In this document: positions 38,986 through 48,974 of the stretch, piece after piece | Position numbering within the stretch: position 1 is the first letter of the stretch | Layout: each line of letters starts with the position of its first letter | Made by a program: the position numbers and the translations under genes | The notes under the pieces: model-generated | Seen by the model: only the letters and a program-made list of their open reading frames with translations | What the model was told of the DNA's origin: nothing | Databases searched by the model: none | DNA from: a bacterium | GTDB taxonomy: Bacteria; Auribacterota; JABMQX01 | Reading direction: 5' to 3' | Length of the DNA: 64,000 nucleotides | NCBI GenBank assembly: GCA_030691545.1 | Contig: JAUYEE010000058.1 | Coordinates: 2,041-66,040 of the forward strand

Positions 38986-39825
38986 ATGTCCGCCATCTTC
39001 CCCAAAAAAAGTCTCGGCCAGAACTTCCTGATGGATCGCAATGTGGGCGACAAGATCGTTGCTGCCGCATCGGTCTCGCCGACCGATATCGTCATCGAAA
39101 TCGGCCCGGGGAAAGGGGCGTTGACCTCTCTTATCGCCGGCAGGGCACTGTACTTGCTTGCGGTGGAGATTGACGACCGGCTGTGCAACTACTTGCAGGA
39201 ACGGCTGGCTGATGCGGCAAATGTGGAGGTGCGCAGAGGCGATTTCCTTCGGCTGGATCTTGAGGCAGAGATAGGCGCGCTTCGGCAAAGATTCCCGCAA
39301 ACCTCTGCGGTGAAAATCATTTCGAACCTCCCTTTCTACATCACAACACCGATCATCACCAGAATCATCGAGAATCGCTCCCTCGTTGATCACGCCGTCG
39401 TAACGGTTCAAAAGGAAGTTGCCGCACGATTCACAGCCAGCCCCGGCTCGAAACGTTACGGGGCGATCACGATTTTTCTGAACTACTATGCCCAGATGAC
39501 TGTTTTGTTCGATATACCAAGAAAGGCCTTTCGCCCGGAACCGGAAGTGGACGGGTCTGTCGTCTCGATCGTCCCGAGGGCAGAGCCCGCAGTGAAAGTC
39601 AGCGACGAGGCGTTCTTCTTCCGCACAATTCGTGCTGGGTTTCAGCAACGGAGGAAAATGCTGAGAAACTCCCTCTTGAGCCTTGGCGTCGGACAAGAAG
39701 ACCTTGAACGGGCCCTGCACGAGGCGAGTCTCGACCCAACACTCCGTCCGGAACGCCTCTCCATGCAGGATTTTGCCCGGTTAGCCGATTCCCTGCGCGA
39801 GGTCGCGCAACAAAAGATTCCTTGA
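38986..39825 (+). CDS. rsmA: 16S rRNA m6,2A dimethyltransferase (KsgA)
   Basis: PKKSLGQNFL, IEIGPGKG, SNLPFYITTP, QKEVA, FQQRRKMLRN. Confidence 0.97.
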   Translation: MSAIFPKKSLGQNFLMDRNVGDKIVAAASVSPTDIVIEIGPGKGALTSLIAGRALYLLAVEIDDRLCNYLQERLADAANVEVRRGDFLRLDLEAEIGALRQRFPQTSAVKIISNLPFYITTPIITRIIENRSLVDHAVVTVQKEVAARFTASPGSKRYGAITIFLNYYAQMTVLFDIPRKAFRPEPEVDGSVVSIVPRAEPAVKVSDEAFFFRTIRAGFQQRRKMLRNSLLSLGVGQEDLERALHEASLDPTLRPERLSMQDFARLADSLREVAQQKIP

Positions 39826-39881
39826 CCCTGCAACGCGCTGAACGGTATGGTGTGGCAACTCGCGCAGAGAGGAGATATCGC

Positions 39882-40172
39882 ATGAAAGAAATTACCGTTG
39901 ATGACGTTGAATATGCTGCGAGATTGGCTCGGTTGGAACTGACCGACGAGGAGAAGAAGTCCATGACCGCGCAGGTGCGCGACGTGCTGAACTATGTCGC
40001 AAAGCTCAATGAGCTGAATACGGACGATGTGGAGCCGACAGCGCACGTGCTTCCTATCAAGAACGTGTGGCGCCCGGACCGGAGAGAAGAGTCGTTGAAG
40101 GCCGACGATGTTCTCGGGATGGCCCCAAAGACTCATAACGGGATGCTCCGCGTGCCTCGGGTTCTGGAGTAG
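39882..40172 (+). CDS. gatC: Asp/Glu-tRNA amidotransferase subunit C
   Basis: ITVDDVEYAARLARL, LNTDDVEPT, LRVPRV; directly upstream of gatA. Confidence 0.95.
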   Translation: MKEITVDDVEYAARLARLELTDEEKKSMTAQVRDVLNYVAKLNELNTDDVEPTAHVLPIKNVWRPDRREESLKADDVLGMAPKTHNGMLRVPRVLE

Positions 40173-40181
40173 GAGGGTTCG

Positions 40182-41663
40182 ATGCGGCTGAGTTTCTCCA
40201 GTGCGCGAGACATCGTGCGGATGGTTCGGGGAAAAGAGGTCTCCGCGAAAGACGTGGTCGAGGAGGTGCTCGACGCGATTTCAAGGATTGATCCCCAAGT
40301 CAAGGCGTATCTGCGGGTTGACGAGGAGGGCGCCCTGAAGCAGGCCGAGGAAGTTGACCGGAGGCTTGCGCGGGGCGAGGAGATCGGCTCTCTCGGCGGT
40401 TTGCCTGTCACTCTGAAAGACATTTTCTGCGTGCGCGGGGAAGAGACAACATGCGCCTCGAAAATCCTCGTGGGATTCTACTCTCCCTACAATGCGACCA
40501 TCATAGAAAAGCTGCGAGACAACGGCGCCATTTTTGTTGGGCGAACGAACATGGACGAGTTCGCAATGGGGTCCACTACGGAGAACTCGGCGTTTGGCGT
40601 GACGCGAAATCCCTGGGACCTCGAGAGGGTGCCCGGGGGCTCGAGCGGGGGTTCGGCAGCGGCAGTGGCGGCTCGCGAGGCAATTGTCGCCCTGGGGTCG
40701 GACACGGGAGGCTCGATCCGTCAACCGGCATCCTTCTGCGGGTGCGTCGGGATCAAGCCCACTTATGGCAGAGTCTCCCGGTATGGACTGGTGGCCTATG
40801 CTTCATCTCTGGACCAGATCGGCAATTTCGGCAGGGATGTCTATGATGTCGCGATGGTCTTAAGGGTGCTGGCTGGGCACGATATGAAGGATTCGACATC
40901 CGCTGACATCGAGGCGCCGGACTACGCCGCCGCGCTTGACGAGGAAATCAGGGAGCTTAAAATCGGCATTCCGAAGGAATACTTCGGCGAGGGGCTGAGT
41001 GCCGAGGTTCGCGCCGCGATCGAGAAAGCCATCAAGGCGCTCGAGTCTCTCGGAGCAATAACGGTCGAGGTATCTCTGCCGCATACGGAATATGCTATCG
41101 CCGCGTATTACATCATTGCTTCGGCGGAGGCAAGCTCGAATCTCGCCCGATACGACGGTGTTCAATACGGTCATCGGACCAAATCCCATCGGGACCTTGA
41201 GGAGATGTACACAAAGAGCAAGGGCGAGGGGTTTGGGGCGGAGGTGAAGCGGCGGATTATCATGGGCACGTATGCGCTGAGTTCCGGCTACTATGATGCG
41301 TACTACCTGAAAGCCCTGAAAGTCCGGACGCTCATCAAGAGAGATTTCGAGGAAGCTCTGAAGAAAGTGGACTGCCTCATCACGCCCGTCTCGCCAACCC
41401 CGGCGTTCAAGATCGGGGAGAAGGTGAACGATCCCCTGACCATGTACCTCTCCGATATTTACACCATCTCCTGCAACCTCGCCGGGTTGCCGGGGATTTC
41501 CATCCCCTGCGGCTTTGACTCCGAAGGGATGCCCATCAGCTTCCAGTTGCTCGGCCAGCCTTTCGGCGAAGGGACCATCCTCCGCATCGGCCACGCCTAC
41601 CAGCAGGTCACAGATTTTCACAAGAGAGTCCCGCCCGTCGCCGACCGAGCAGCCAGTGCCTAA
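40182..41663 (+). CDS. gatA: Asp/Glu-tRNA amidotransferase subunit A
   Basis: [52 protein letters not shown]. Confidence 0.98.
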   Translation: MRLSFSSARDIVRMVRGKEVSAKDVVEEVLDAISRIDPQVKAYLRVDEEGALKQAEEVDRRLARGEEIGSLGGLPVTLKDIFCVRGEETTCASKILVGFYSPYNATIIEKLRDNGAIFVGRTNMDEFAMGSTTENSAFGVTRNPWDLERVPGGSSGGSAAAVAAREAIVALGSDTGGSIRQPASFCGCVGIKPTYGRVSRYGLVAYASSLDQIGNFGRDVYDVAMVLRVLAGHDMKDSTSADIEAPDYAAALDEEIRELKIGIPKEYFGEGLSAEVRAAIEKAIKALESLGAITVEVSLPHTEYAIAAYYIIASAEASSNLARYDGVQYGHRTKSHRDLEEMYTKSKGEGFGAEVKRRIIMGTYALSSGYYDAYYLKALKVRTLIKRDFEEALKKVDCLITPVSPTPAFKIGEKVNDPLTMYLSDIYTISCNLAGLPGISIPCGFDSEGMPISFQLLGQPFGEGTILRIGHAYQQVTDFHKRVPPVADRAASA

Positions 41664-41731
41664 CCGTCAGCCGTTAGCCCAACTTGCTCACTTCAAAGTG
41701 CGGAAGTTGGGTTAGCCGCGGGCCTCGGTCC

Positions 41732-41787
41732 GTGGAGGCGGCTTCCAGCCGCTTGCCCACGCCAACGCGGCAGGATGCCGCGTCTAC
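41732..41787. repeat. GTGG/GTAG-tagged REP-like inverted doublet
   Basis: GTGG-AGGCGGC-TTCCA-GCCGC ... GCGGC-AGGAT-GCCGCGT-CTAC. Confidence 0.65.
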
Positions 41788-41902
41788 AGGGATGGGCTGC
41801 ATTCTGACGCCCCAGGTTTCCGCCGGAGCAAGCTTTAGCATGGCTTCTCGATGAAGGGATTCATCCATCCCCCTCGTACGTAGCCACACCCCCAAAAACC
41901 CC

Positions 41903-41931
41903 TTGCCTGCTCGTTCTACTTGATGTAAATT
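41903..41931 (+). promoter_or_regulatory. Sigma70-like promoter
   Basis: TTGCCT-N17-TAAATT upstream of the ORF at 41983. Confidence 0.55.
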
Positions 41932-41982
41932 TTAACCAAGGTACGTTACTCGGGACGAGGGCTCACATGGAGGGTTGAAGCC

Positions 41983-42645
41983 ATGGCAACTGAATCCAGA
42001 AAGCTCGAGATTGTGGGCATTGCGGTGATAGCGCTTGTGTTGCTCGCCATCGCCTTGATGGTGCCCGCGTATCTCCGAAAGGCCAGAGAGCCGTCGCGGC
42101 AGATGGCTTGCCATAGCAACCTGATGCAGATCATCACGGCCATAAAGACCTACGCGCCAGACTACGACGAATACTATCCGACGAGCGCCGCGCCCGGCAA
42201 GGAAATCAACGTGACCACGCACTACCGGGACCTCGGCATCCTGTTCCCTACATATATCTCATCCTTGGATGTGTTCACGTGTCCGAGCTCCGGCGATAAG
42301 ATGCCCAGGCATAGGGTGCCAATTCCAGGGGGGAAGACCGTCCCGGGCGCCGACAAGCCGTTTCCCGAAGACGAGGCGCGGCAGGTCAGTTACGCTTACA
42401 GCTACAATGGAGCGGGCGGAAAGAACCTGCCGTGGACTGAGGCGGCGCCTTCCACGACCATTATCCTTGCCGATAGACCTGCCGGGAAAGCGCTGAGCAA
42501 GCGTTCAAACCATGGAACCGATGGAAGAAACGTGGCCTATGCCGATGGACATGCCAGGTGGATTCCAGGGAACGACAGGCTTCGGACCGATCCGGACAAC
42601 CCCGACCCCACGGTCAGCACCCAGAGCTGGTGGAGCGAAAGATAG
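41983..42645 (+). CDS. Pilin-like H-X9-DG-type protein lacking the G/FTLIE cleavage site
   Basis: Hydrophobic helix then PAYLRKARE..RQMACHSNL, VFTCPS, SYAY and NHGTDGRNVAYADGHA. Confidence 0.8.
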   Translation: MATESRKLEIVGIAVIALVLLAIALMVPAYLRKAREPSRQMACHSNLMQIITAIKTYAPDYDEYYPTSAAPGKEINVTTHYRDLGILFPTYISSLDVFTCPSSGDKMPRHRVPIPGGKTVPGADKPFPEDEARQVSYAYSYNGAGGKNLPWTEAAPSTTIILADRPAGKALSKRSNHGTDGRNVAYADGHARWIPGNDRLRTDPDNPDPTVSTQSWWSER

Positions 42646-42673
42646 GCTGCGGCATGAAGGGGTCGCAACCGGC

Positions 42674-43372
42674 CTAAGAGCCACGCGTCGCTTTAAGAAG
42701 GTAGCGGTCGGGGAGGTCGTGGAGGAGTTCGAGCGAGAAGCCGGTTTCGCGGAGGAGACGTTCGAGCTCGGCCCGGTCGGGGAGGACATGTGTGGCGAGG
42801 ACGCCGCCGATGGAGGAGTGGAGCGAGTTGACCCATTCGCGGCTGCGGCTGTGCACGATCCACAGCACGCCGTCGTCGCGCAGGACGCGATGGAATTCCC
42901 GCAATGCGGCGGGCTTGTCATCGAAATGGGGGAACGTGTTGTGGCAGATAATCGCGTCAAATTCTCCCCTGCCGACGGGAATATCAATTGCAGAGGCGCA
43001 GGCAATCTCCACCTGCGACGGTAACCCTCTCTGACGACACCTCTCGACCATGCGGGGGGAGATGTCGAAAGCGAACACTTTTCCTTCCGGCCCGACGAGT
43101 CCCGCGAGCATTTCGGTCAACCGGCCGGCCCCACAGCCGGCCTCGGCGAGCTTATCGCCGGGCCTGATATTCATTTGCGCGAGAATCTCTTTTGCGACAA
43201 TTAACTCCTCCGGGGAGAATTGGTCAAACACGCCTTCATCGGCGCAGCGGTCGAAATACGCCGCAACTGCACTTGACTGATTACCAGGCTTTTCAGTCAT
43301 CGGTGTCTTCACACACCCATAAATGCCAGCAACGGCCACGAGCATCAAGAGAAACAATCGCTTCCTACTCAT
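42674..43372 (-). CDS. Class I SAM-dependent methyltransferase (UbiE-like) with a lipoprotein-like N-terminus
   Basis: AEAGCGAG, FAFDIS, FDAIICHNTFPH, EFHRVL; N-terminus MSRKRLFLLMLVAVAGIYG/C. Confidence 0.85.
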   Translation of the reverse strand: MSRKRLFLLMLVAVAGIYGCVKTPMTEKPGNQSSAVAAYFDRCADEGVFDQFSPEELIVAKEILAQMNIRPGDKLAEAGCGAGRLTEMLAGLVGPEGKVFAFDISPRMVERCRQRGLPSQVEIACASAIDIPVGRGEFDAIICHNTFPHFDDKPAALREFHRVLRDDGVLWIVHSRSREWVNSLHSSIGGVLATHVLPDRAELERLLRETGFSLELLHDLPDRYLLKATRGS

Positions 43373-43443
43373 CTATCACCTCACATCTGTTTCGTAACGC
43401 ATTTGTTCGTGCCTCATTGCGGAGGCGCCGGAGAGCTTCCTCC

Positions 43444-44106
43444 TCACGGAGAGCAATGCCCGGTGCTCAGGTAAACGATCACGCCTTCGCTTTGCGGCCC
43501 GTTTTTGAAGCTGTACCAATTGCGCCGAGGAACGGGATAATGCAGCTCCTCGGACTTCCAGAACGTTTTGGGTCCAGAGGGTCCGACGCTCCACACCGCC
43601 CACGTGATAGGCGAGTCCTTCGTATTGAAATAAGGAACATCATGGCCACCGTCCGAAGGAAACTTCTCGGGGACCCAGATGGGCAGAATCGTCAGGACCC
43701 CATTGGCGTAACCAAATCCGGGCGAAATGTACTTGTACGCGCGTCCCTTATTGAAGATGTCCTCGGGGAACACCCCCAGATAACCGCAGGAGAAAAGCTC
43801 CGGCGGGCTTTCGTTGTAATCATCAACTCTCATCCCGCCGCCCGCGCAATAAGCACGGGCATAGGGATACGCCTCGTAGTCAAGACGATAGGCTTCGACG
43901 GCGCTCCCGAGGCTTCGCAGGTCGGCATGGGCGCGGACCACCTTGCTCTTGATCCTGGCCGTGCGCAAGACAGGGAGCAATAGCGCGACGAGCACGGCGA
44001 TGACAGCAACCACCACGAGCAACTCGAGAAGCGTGAAACCACAGGGTATGCTGCGTCCCCTGGCGCCCTCCCGAGATTTTGCCAAGCCTCGACAAGTCCG
44101 CTTCAA
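43444..44106 (-). CDS. Prepilin-type (pseudopilin, GspG-like) protein
   Basis: G/FTLLELLVVVAVIAVLVALLLP, RAHADLRSLGSAVEAYRLD...YP, WSVGP. Confidence 0.87.
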   Translation of the reverse strand: MKRTCRGLAKSREGARGRSIPCGFTLLELLVVVAVIAVLVALLLPVLRTARIKSKVVRAHADLRSLGSAVEAYRLDYEAYPYARAYCAGGGMRVDDYNESPPELFSCGYLGVFPEDIFNKGRAYKYISPGFGYANGVLTILPIWVPEKFPSDGGHDVPYFNTKDSPITWAVWSVGPSGPKTFWKSEELHYPVPRRNWYSFKNGPQSEGVIVYLSTGHCSP

Positions 44107-44118
44107 ACCAAACCTCTC

Positions 44119-45093
44119 TCACTGAATTTCAATCTTATAGAACTTTTCCCAGGCGCCTTCTGTCTCGTCGAGGACGGAAAGTATCGTACCGTCGCCGACG
44201 ATGGGGCCACCGAGCGGCGTCCAGTTCACGGCGTCGTCGCTCCGATAAACCTGGTACGTCACGCCATTCGCCGACATCCACTGAACCCTGACGACTTTCT
44301 GTATTTCGACCATCGGGATGATGTACCGATAACTCTTGACCCAGATGCGATAGCTCTCGCGATAGGGGAGTTCCGTGTCTTCCTGATCGAAGATGCCAAT
44401 GACATCGAACTTGCTCATCGGAGCGGAATAGCTGTCGAAATCCCCCTGACCCGACAGCAGCATTGTCAGCTCACCCGTTCCGTCGGAGATGATCAGTTCG
44501 TGGTTATTGCCCCATGTGCCCGAAACGATCTCCACGTTATTCAGCTGGCACCATTGCGTCTGGTATTTCTCGCCTCCGCCGGCGCGGCTCGCGTCGAAAT
44601 AGTTGCAGGCGGAGACGCTCGGAATCCGTTTCGGCTCGGGCATTCCCGCACCTTTCTCCACGATCGTTACGATGAAGCGGATTTCCGGAGCACTGCTGTG
44701 ACGATCATTGATGAAGACCTTGCCGTTGTGATTGGCGAGGAATCCCTCCACTCGAACACGATCTCCTGCCTCAACATTGATGTACTCGGCCGGCCTCCAC
44801 AGGTCGCCGTACCACCAGCTCCCTGCCCACACTTGCAGACCACCAGTCTCATCCTGGAGGAAAATCGTGTACATCTCGTTGGGATCGAGAATCTCGCCGG
44901 TCGTGTCGAGGGCAATCCCCTCGACGGTAACACGGTTCTCCGCAACAGGTGCGGCATCCACAAGGGGATGAATCCCCAGCCCCTGGTTGTCAACTTCCTG
45001 GAGGTCCCCCATCCTGTAAACCTGGCCGACGGCGGCCACGGAGAGGGAACACGCGGCCGCGACGGCTAGAGCAAGATGAACTCGGAAAGACAT
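44119..45093 (-). CDS. Secreted protein (324 aa), two OB-fold-like units plus a C-terminal W..Y.VY...W..FYK domain
   Basis: AAAGGAG RBS and signal peptide MSFRVHLALAVAAACSLSVAA. FLQDETGGLQV...AGDRVRVEG resembles OB folds; the C-terminus matches that of 26546-27043. Confidence 0.75.
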   Translation of the reverse strand: MSFRVHLALAVAAACSLSVAAVGQVYRMGDLQEVDNQGLGIHPLVDAAPVAENRVTVEGIALDTTGEILDPNEMYTIFLQDETGGLQVWAGSWWYGDLWRPAEYINVEAGDRVRVEGFLANHNGKVFINDRHSSAPEIRFIVTIVEKGAGMPEPKRIPSVSACNYFDASRAGGGEKYQTQWCQLNNVEIVSGTWGNNHELIISDGTGELTMLLSGQGDFDSYSAPMSKFDVIGIFDQEDTELPYRESYRIWVKSYRYIIPMVEIQKVVRVQWMSANGVTYQVYRSDDAVNWTPLGGPIVGDGTILSVLDETEGAWEKFYKIEIQ

Positions 45094-45473
45094 GTTGGTG
45101 TTCTCCTTTGGAATCACGAGTAGCACGTTTTTCCAGAATGTGTTACGCATTCTTCCGCTTCCTGTTCCGGGTGTCAAGCTTTTTTTCAAAATCTCGTCAC
45201 GCCGGCCAGGGATAACCGATGTGAGCGGACGGACTTGCCGCCAGGAAACCAGACGCCCGGGGTGTCCGTCCGGCGAGTTTTCTGCCGCCATTTTCTTGAA
45301 AATTTCCGTTGTCGCCTCCGACGGAACTTGCTATAAACTGACAATCTGCATCGGATGGTTCAGGCTTTCGGGGCGCCGAGTTTTTCTCGCTGCCGGTCCG
45401 GCCAAGAGCGCGTGTCTGCGGCACCTGGCCGGTCCACGAGCAAAACATTCAAGGTCGAAAGGAGGAATTGACC

Positions 45474-46298
45474 ATGCGAGTCACGCTGATTCTTCACTGC
45501 GTTGGTACCGGCCTGTTCTGTCTTGCCTTGACCACGGTTTTTCACCCAGGCGTCTGCTCCGAGGATGGCCCGTATCCGGGTTTCACCGTCGGCGTGCAGA
45601 GCTACTGCTTCCGCAACTTCAACCTCGATGAGACCCTGAGAAACACCCAGGAACTCGGTTTGCAGAACATCGAGTTCTACGGCAAACATGCGTCGCACGA
45701 AATGTCGGCTCAGGAAATCGAGGCGATCAAGGCGAAGCTCAAGGACACGGGCATCAAGGTCGTGGCGTACGGAGTTGTGGGATTCGGCGCCGATGAAGCC
45801 GCGAACGAGCGGATTTTCAAGTTCGCCAAGGACATGGGGATTGGAGTCATCACCGCGGACCCGGCGCCGGAGAGCTTCGATTCGCTGGAAAAGTTAGTGA
45901 AGAAGTACGACATCAAAATAGCCATCCACAATCATGGGCCGGGGTCGAGGTACTGCTCCCTGGAAGACGTCTTGAAGCCCATCAAGGATCGGGACGTGCG
46001 CATTGGCGCCTGCATAGACAACGGGCATTTCCAGCGGGCGAAAGTGGATTCCGTGCAGGCAGTGAAAGCTCTTGGCAACCGCGTTCACCTGGTCCATGTC
46101 AAGGACCCGGACAAACAAGGGAACGACAAGATTCTCGGAGAAGGCGCCGCGGACATCCCAGGGCTTCTCAAGGCATTGAAAGCAATTGGCTTCAAAGGCC
46201 CTCTCAACCTCGAGTACGAGCTGGAGCCGGAGAATCCCACGGACTCGATGAAGAAGTGCCTGAAGTACCTCTCCAAGGTCTGCCAGGAAATAAAATAA
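45474..46298 (+). CDS. Secreted sugar-phosphate isomerase/epimerase (xylose isomerase-like TIM barrel)
   Basis: GVQSYCFR, IAIHNHGP, GACIDNGH, VHVKD, LEYE. Confidence 0.9.
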   Translation: MRVTLILHCVGTGLFCLALTTVFHPGVCSEDGPYPGFTVGVQSYCFRNFNLDETLRNTQELGLQNIEFYGKHASHEMSAQEIEAIKAKLKDTGIKVVAYGVVGFGADEAANERIFKFAKDMGIGVITADPAPESFDSLEKLVKKYDIKIAIHNHGPGSRYCSLEDVLKPIKDRDVRIGACIDNGHFQRAKVDSVQAVKALGNRVHLVHVKDPDKQGNDKILGEGAADIPGLLKALKAIGFKGPLNLEYELEPENPTDSMKKCLKYLSKVCQEIK

Positions 46299-46398
46299 GG
46301 GCAAACAAGACGCCGACATCGAGTTGGCTGAGACTATCTCGAGTAGTGGCGCAACAAAAGGGGCCTCGCGATTGTGCTGGAAAAGAGGAGTCCTTAAA

Positions 46399-47370
46399 AT
46401 GGGAAGTCTCGCGAAAAGGAGCGTGTGGACAGCCGGGTTTGCTGTGTGCGCAGTCGTTTTCTTCTCGGCTTGTCTGACCCTCACAATGAGTACCACAAAA
46501 GCTGCCGAAGTAAAGCCCATTCCGGGCCAGGGTAAGTATGTTCGCTTGGCGGATCCAGGGGTGCTGGAGATTCGGCTCGGCGAACGCGACGTCGCCAAGT
46601 ACCGATTCGGAGAGGAACTCCCCAAGCCGTACCTCTACCCCGTCCTGGGGCCGGATGGAAAACCAGTCACCGAAGACGCGCCAAGCGATCACGTCCACCA
46701 TCACTCCCTTTACTTCTCCCACGATGAGGTCAGCGGGTACAGTTTCTGGCTTGAAGGCCGCGGGAGCAGTCCCATCCGCCACGAGCGGTTTCTGGAGATC
46801 TATGAGCAGGAAGACCGTCCGGGTTTCACCAGTGTGAATGCCTGGATGGGTGGCGACAAACCGCTTCTCAAAGACACGCGAACGTTCCGCTTCATCCCCC
46901 TTGAGAAGGGCGAATATCTGATTGACATCTGCATCACGTTTGAGGCACTGGACCGAGAGGTGACTTTCGGGCAAACCAAGGAGGCGGGCCTCCCGGGGCT
47001 GCGGGTCGCCCCTGAAATGCGCGTGTCAGGGGGCGGGAAGGGACGGCTCGTCAACTCGGAAGGCGGAGTCAACGAGAAGGAATGCTGGGGCAAACCAGCG
47101 AAATGGGTGGATTACACCGGTCCGCGTCCCGACGGCACGTGGGTTGGCATCGCGTCCATGGCTCACCCGAGCAACCGGCCGTATCCGCCCGCCTGGCACG
47201 CCCGAGATTACGGGCTTCTTGGAACTAACTACACGAACTGGCACGAACCCAAGACCATCAAGCCGGGCGAGAGCTGGACCTTGAAACACCGGTTCTATGT
47301 CCACTGGGGCAAAACCGAGGACGCAAAAGTAGTCACGCAGTTCGAGAATTATGTCAAAGAGGTGAAGTAA
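46399..47370 (+). CDS. DUF6807 ('PmoA-family') secreted protein
   Basis: KPYLYPV..P.G..VT...P.DHVHHHSL, WVDYTG, DYGLLGTN, LKHRFYVH. Confidence 0.8.
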   Translation: MGSLAKRSVWTAGFAVCAVVFFSACLTLTMSTTKAAEVKPIPGQGKYVRLADPGVLEIRLGERDVAKYRFGEELPKPYLYPVLGPDGKPVTEDAPSDHVHHHSLYFSHDEVSGYSFWLEGRGSSPIRHERFLEIYEQEDRPGFTSVNAWMGGDKPLLKDTRTFRFIPLEKGEYLIDICITFEALDREVTFGQTKEAGLPGLRVAPEMRVSGGGKGRLVNSEGGVNEKECWGKPAKWVDYTGPRPDGTWVGIASMAHPSNRPYPPAWHARDYGLLGTNYTNWHEPKTIKPGESWTLKHRFYVHWGKTEDAKVVTQFENYVKEVK

Positions 47371-47457
47371 CCGCGGAGAACGCAGAGTAAGCGGAGAAAC
47401 CAAATGTGACTCGTCGGTTTCCATCCTCGTCTCAGCGGTCTCAGCGCCCTCTGCGGT
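47369..47457. repeat. CGCAGAG / CTCTGCG family inverted repeat element
   Basis: AACCGCGGAGAACGCAGAGTAAGCGGAGA faces CTCAGCGGTCTCAGCGCCCTCTGCGGT. Confidence 0.7.
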
Positions 47458-47517
47458 GAGCATTCGTAGTTGTAAGCACACAGTAACTCTAAAACCACAA
47501 AAGGAAAGGGGGAGAGT

Positions 47518-48918
47518 ATGGCGAACGGAAAACTTCCGCCCTACTTGGAGTCCGCCAAACCGGTCCCGAAGAGCGCCCGAGCACCGGGACTGATGACCAC
47601 CGGCGCCGCGTTCGCAGGAATCTACCTGTGGATCGCCTACTACGACAAGTTAGGCAACGCCCTTTCGCTGGGGAACCTGGGAAGCGTGATCCTGGGAGTC
47701 ATCATCGGCGGCGGGCTGTCTTTTGCCCTGTTCTACCTGGTCTCAGGCATGTGGGGGATGAAAACGGGATTGCCCCTATATGTCGTAGGCAGTTCGACGT
47801 TTGGGACAACAGGCGGATACTTTCTGCCCGGCATTTTCATGGGCGTGCTCCAGATTGGGTGGTACAGCGTGGCCACCTACTATGCGACGACGCTCGTCAT
47901 CAATGGCCTGGGAGGAAAAGCAATCACCCTCTTCGGCCCCGGCGAGGAACATGGTTTCAGTGCTTTATTCGTCATCGTGGCGGTCGTTTGGGGTTACCTT
48001 TTCGCCTTCTTCGGCGCCAAAGGAATCAAGTACGTGGCCCGCATGGCGAATATTTTCCCCGTGGTCCCCATCCTCATGCTGCTCATCGGCGCCATTATCT
48101 CGCTCAAAGGACTTGGGAAGTTCGGTGAGGTGCGAGTGGCCAGCGCTACTCCGGGTGTCCCAGCCATGGCAGGTATGTTGCTGGCCATCCAGATGGTCAT
48201 CGGCTTTAGCGCCACAGCGATGGCGGCAGGCGCGGACTTCACCCAGAACAACCGCAATGCCTCCGACGTCAAGATTGGCGGTCTGGCTGGCATCTGGGGA
48301 GCAGCGGTAGTCGTTGGCATTCTCGCCCTGATCACCGTTGCTGGTGCAAACGGGGCGAACGCCAAATTGAGCAACTTCAGTTATGCTGGTTCCCTCGGCG
48401 ACGTCGGCGGATTCATTGCAAAAATCATGTTGATCCTGTTCGCCGTAGGGTCCATGGCGCCTGCATGCTTCTGCTCGTTTATCATCGGTAACAGCCTCTC
48501 AACCATGGTTCCTTCCATCTCCCGGATGAAATGGACCATGGGCGGCGCCACTGCGGGCATCATCCTTGGCGCCACCGGTCTTGCCGGCAACTTGGAATCC
48601 TTCTTCGGGCTGATCGGAGCGTCGTTCGGCCCGGTCTGCGGAGCGATGGCCGCCGACTACCTGCTGACCGGTGGGAAATGGGCAGGCCCCCGCAAGGGCA
48701 TTAGCATCCCCGGCTACGTGGCATGGGCTCTGGGATTCCTCGTCGGGATTTCGAACAACACCATGCTTGGAAAGCTTCGTGTGCTGGAGACGTGGCATCC
48801 GGCTGCGTTGTACTCTTTCGTGGTAGGCTTCATCGTTTACCTGATTCTTGCGAAGGCAGGTCTGGAGCCGCCGAAGGAGAAGGCGTACGTCGTTACCGAC
48901 CCCCCGGAGACCGCGTAA
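47518..48918 (+). CDS. NCS1 (cytosine/purine permease-like) family transporter
   Basis: About 12 TM helices; GMKTGLP..VVGSSTFG, QIGWYSV, ADY..., GISIPG. Third gene of the operon. Confidence 0.8.
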   Translation: MANGKLPPYLESAKPVPKSARAPGLMTTGAAFAGIYLWIAYYDKLGNALSLGNLGSVILGVIIGGGLSFALFYLVSGMWGMKTGLPLYVVGSSTFGTTGGYFLPGIFMGVLQIGWYSVATYYATTLVINGLGGKAITLFGPGEEHGFSALFVIVAVVWGYLFAFFGAKGIKYVARMANIFPVVPILMLLIGAIISLKGLGKFGEVRVASATPGVPAMAGMLLAIQMVIGFSATAMAAGADFTQNNRNASDVKIGGLAGIWGAAVVVGILALITVAGANGANAKLSNFSYAGSLGDVGGFIAKIMLILFAVGSMAPACFCSFIIGNSLSTMVPSISRMKWTMGGATAGIILGATGLAGNLESFFGLIGASFGPVCGAMAADYLLTGGKWAGPRKGISIPGYVAWALGFLVGISNNTMLGKLRVLETWHPAALYSFVVGFIVYLILAKAGLEPPKEKAYVVTDPPETA

Positions 48919-48974
48919 GCTGGCAGGCAGTGAGCCGTATCCTCCGGTCGTGACCAAGTGGGGGGGAGCGAAAC

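Noticed and set aside
46399-47370. Methane monooxygenase from the 'PmoA' family label
   Set aside because: It is a soluble exported DUF6807-type protein with no pmoB/pmoC and no multi-TM topology; the label is a misnomer.
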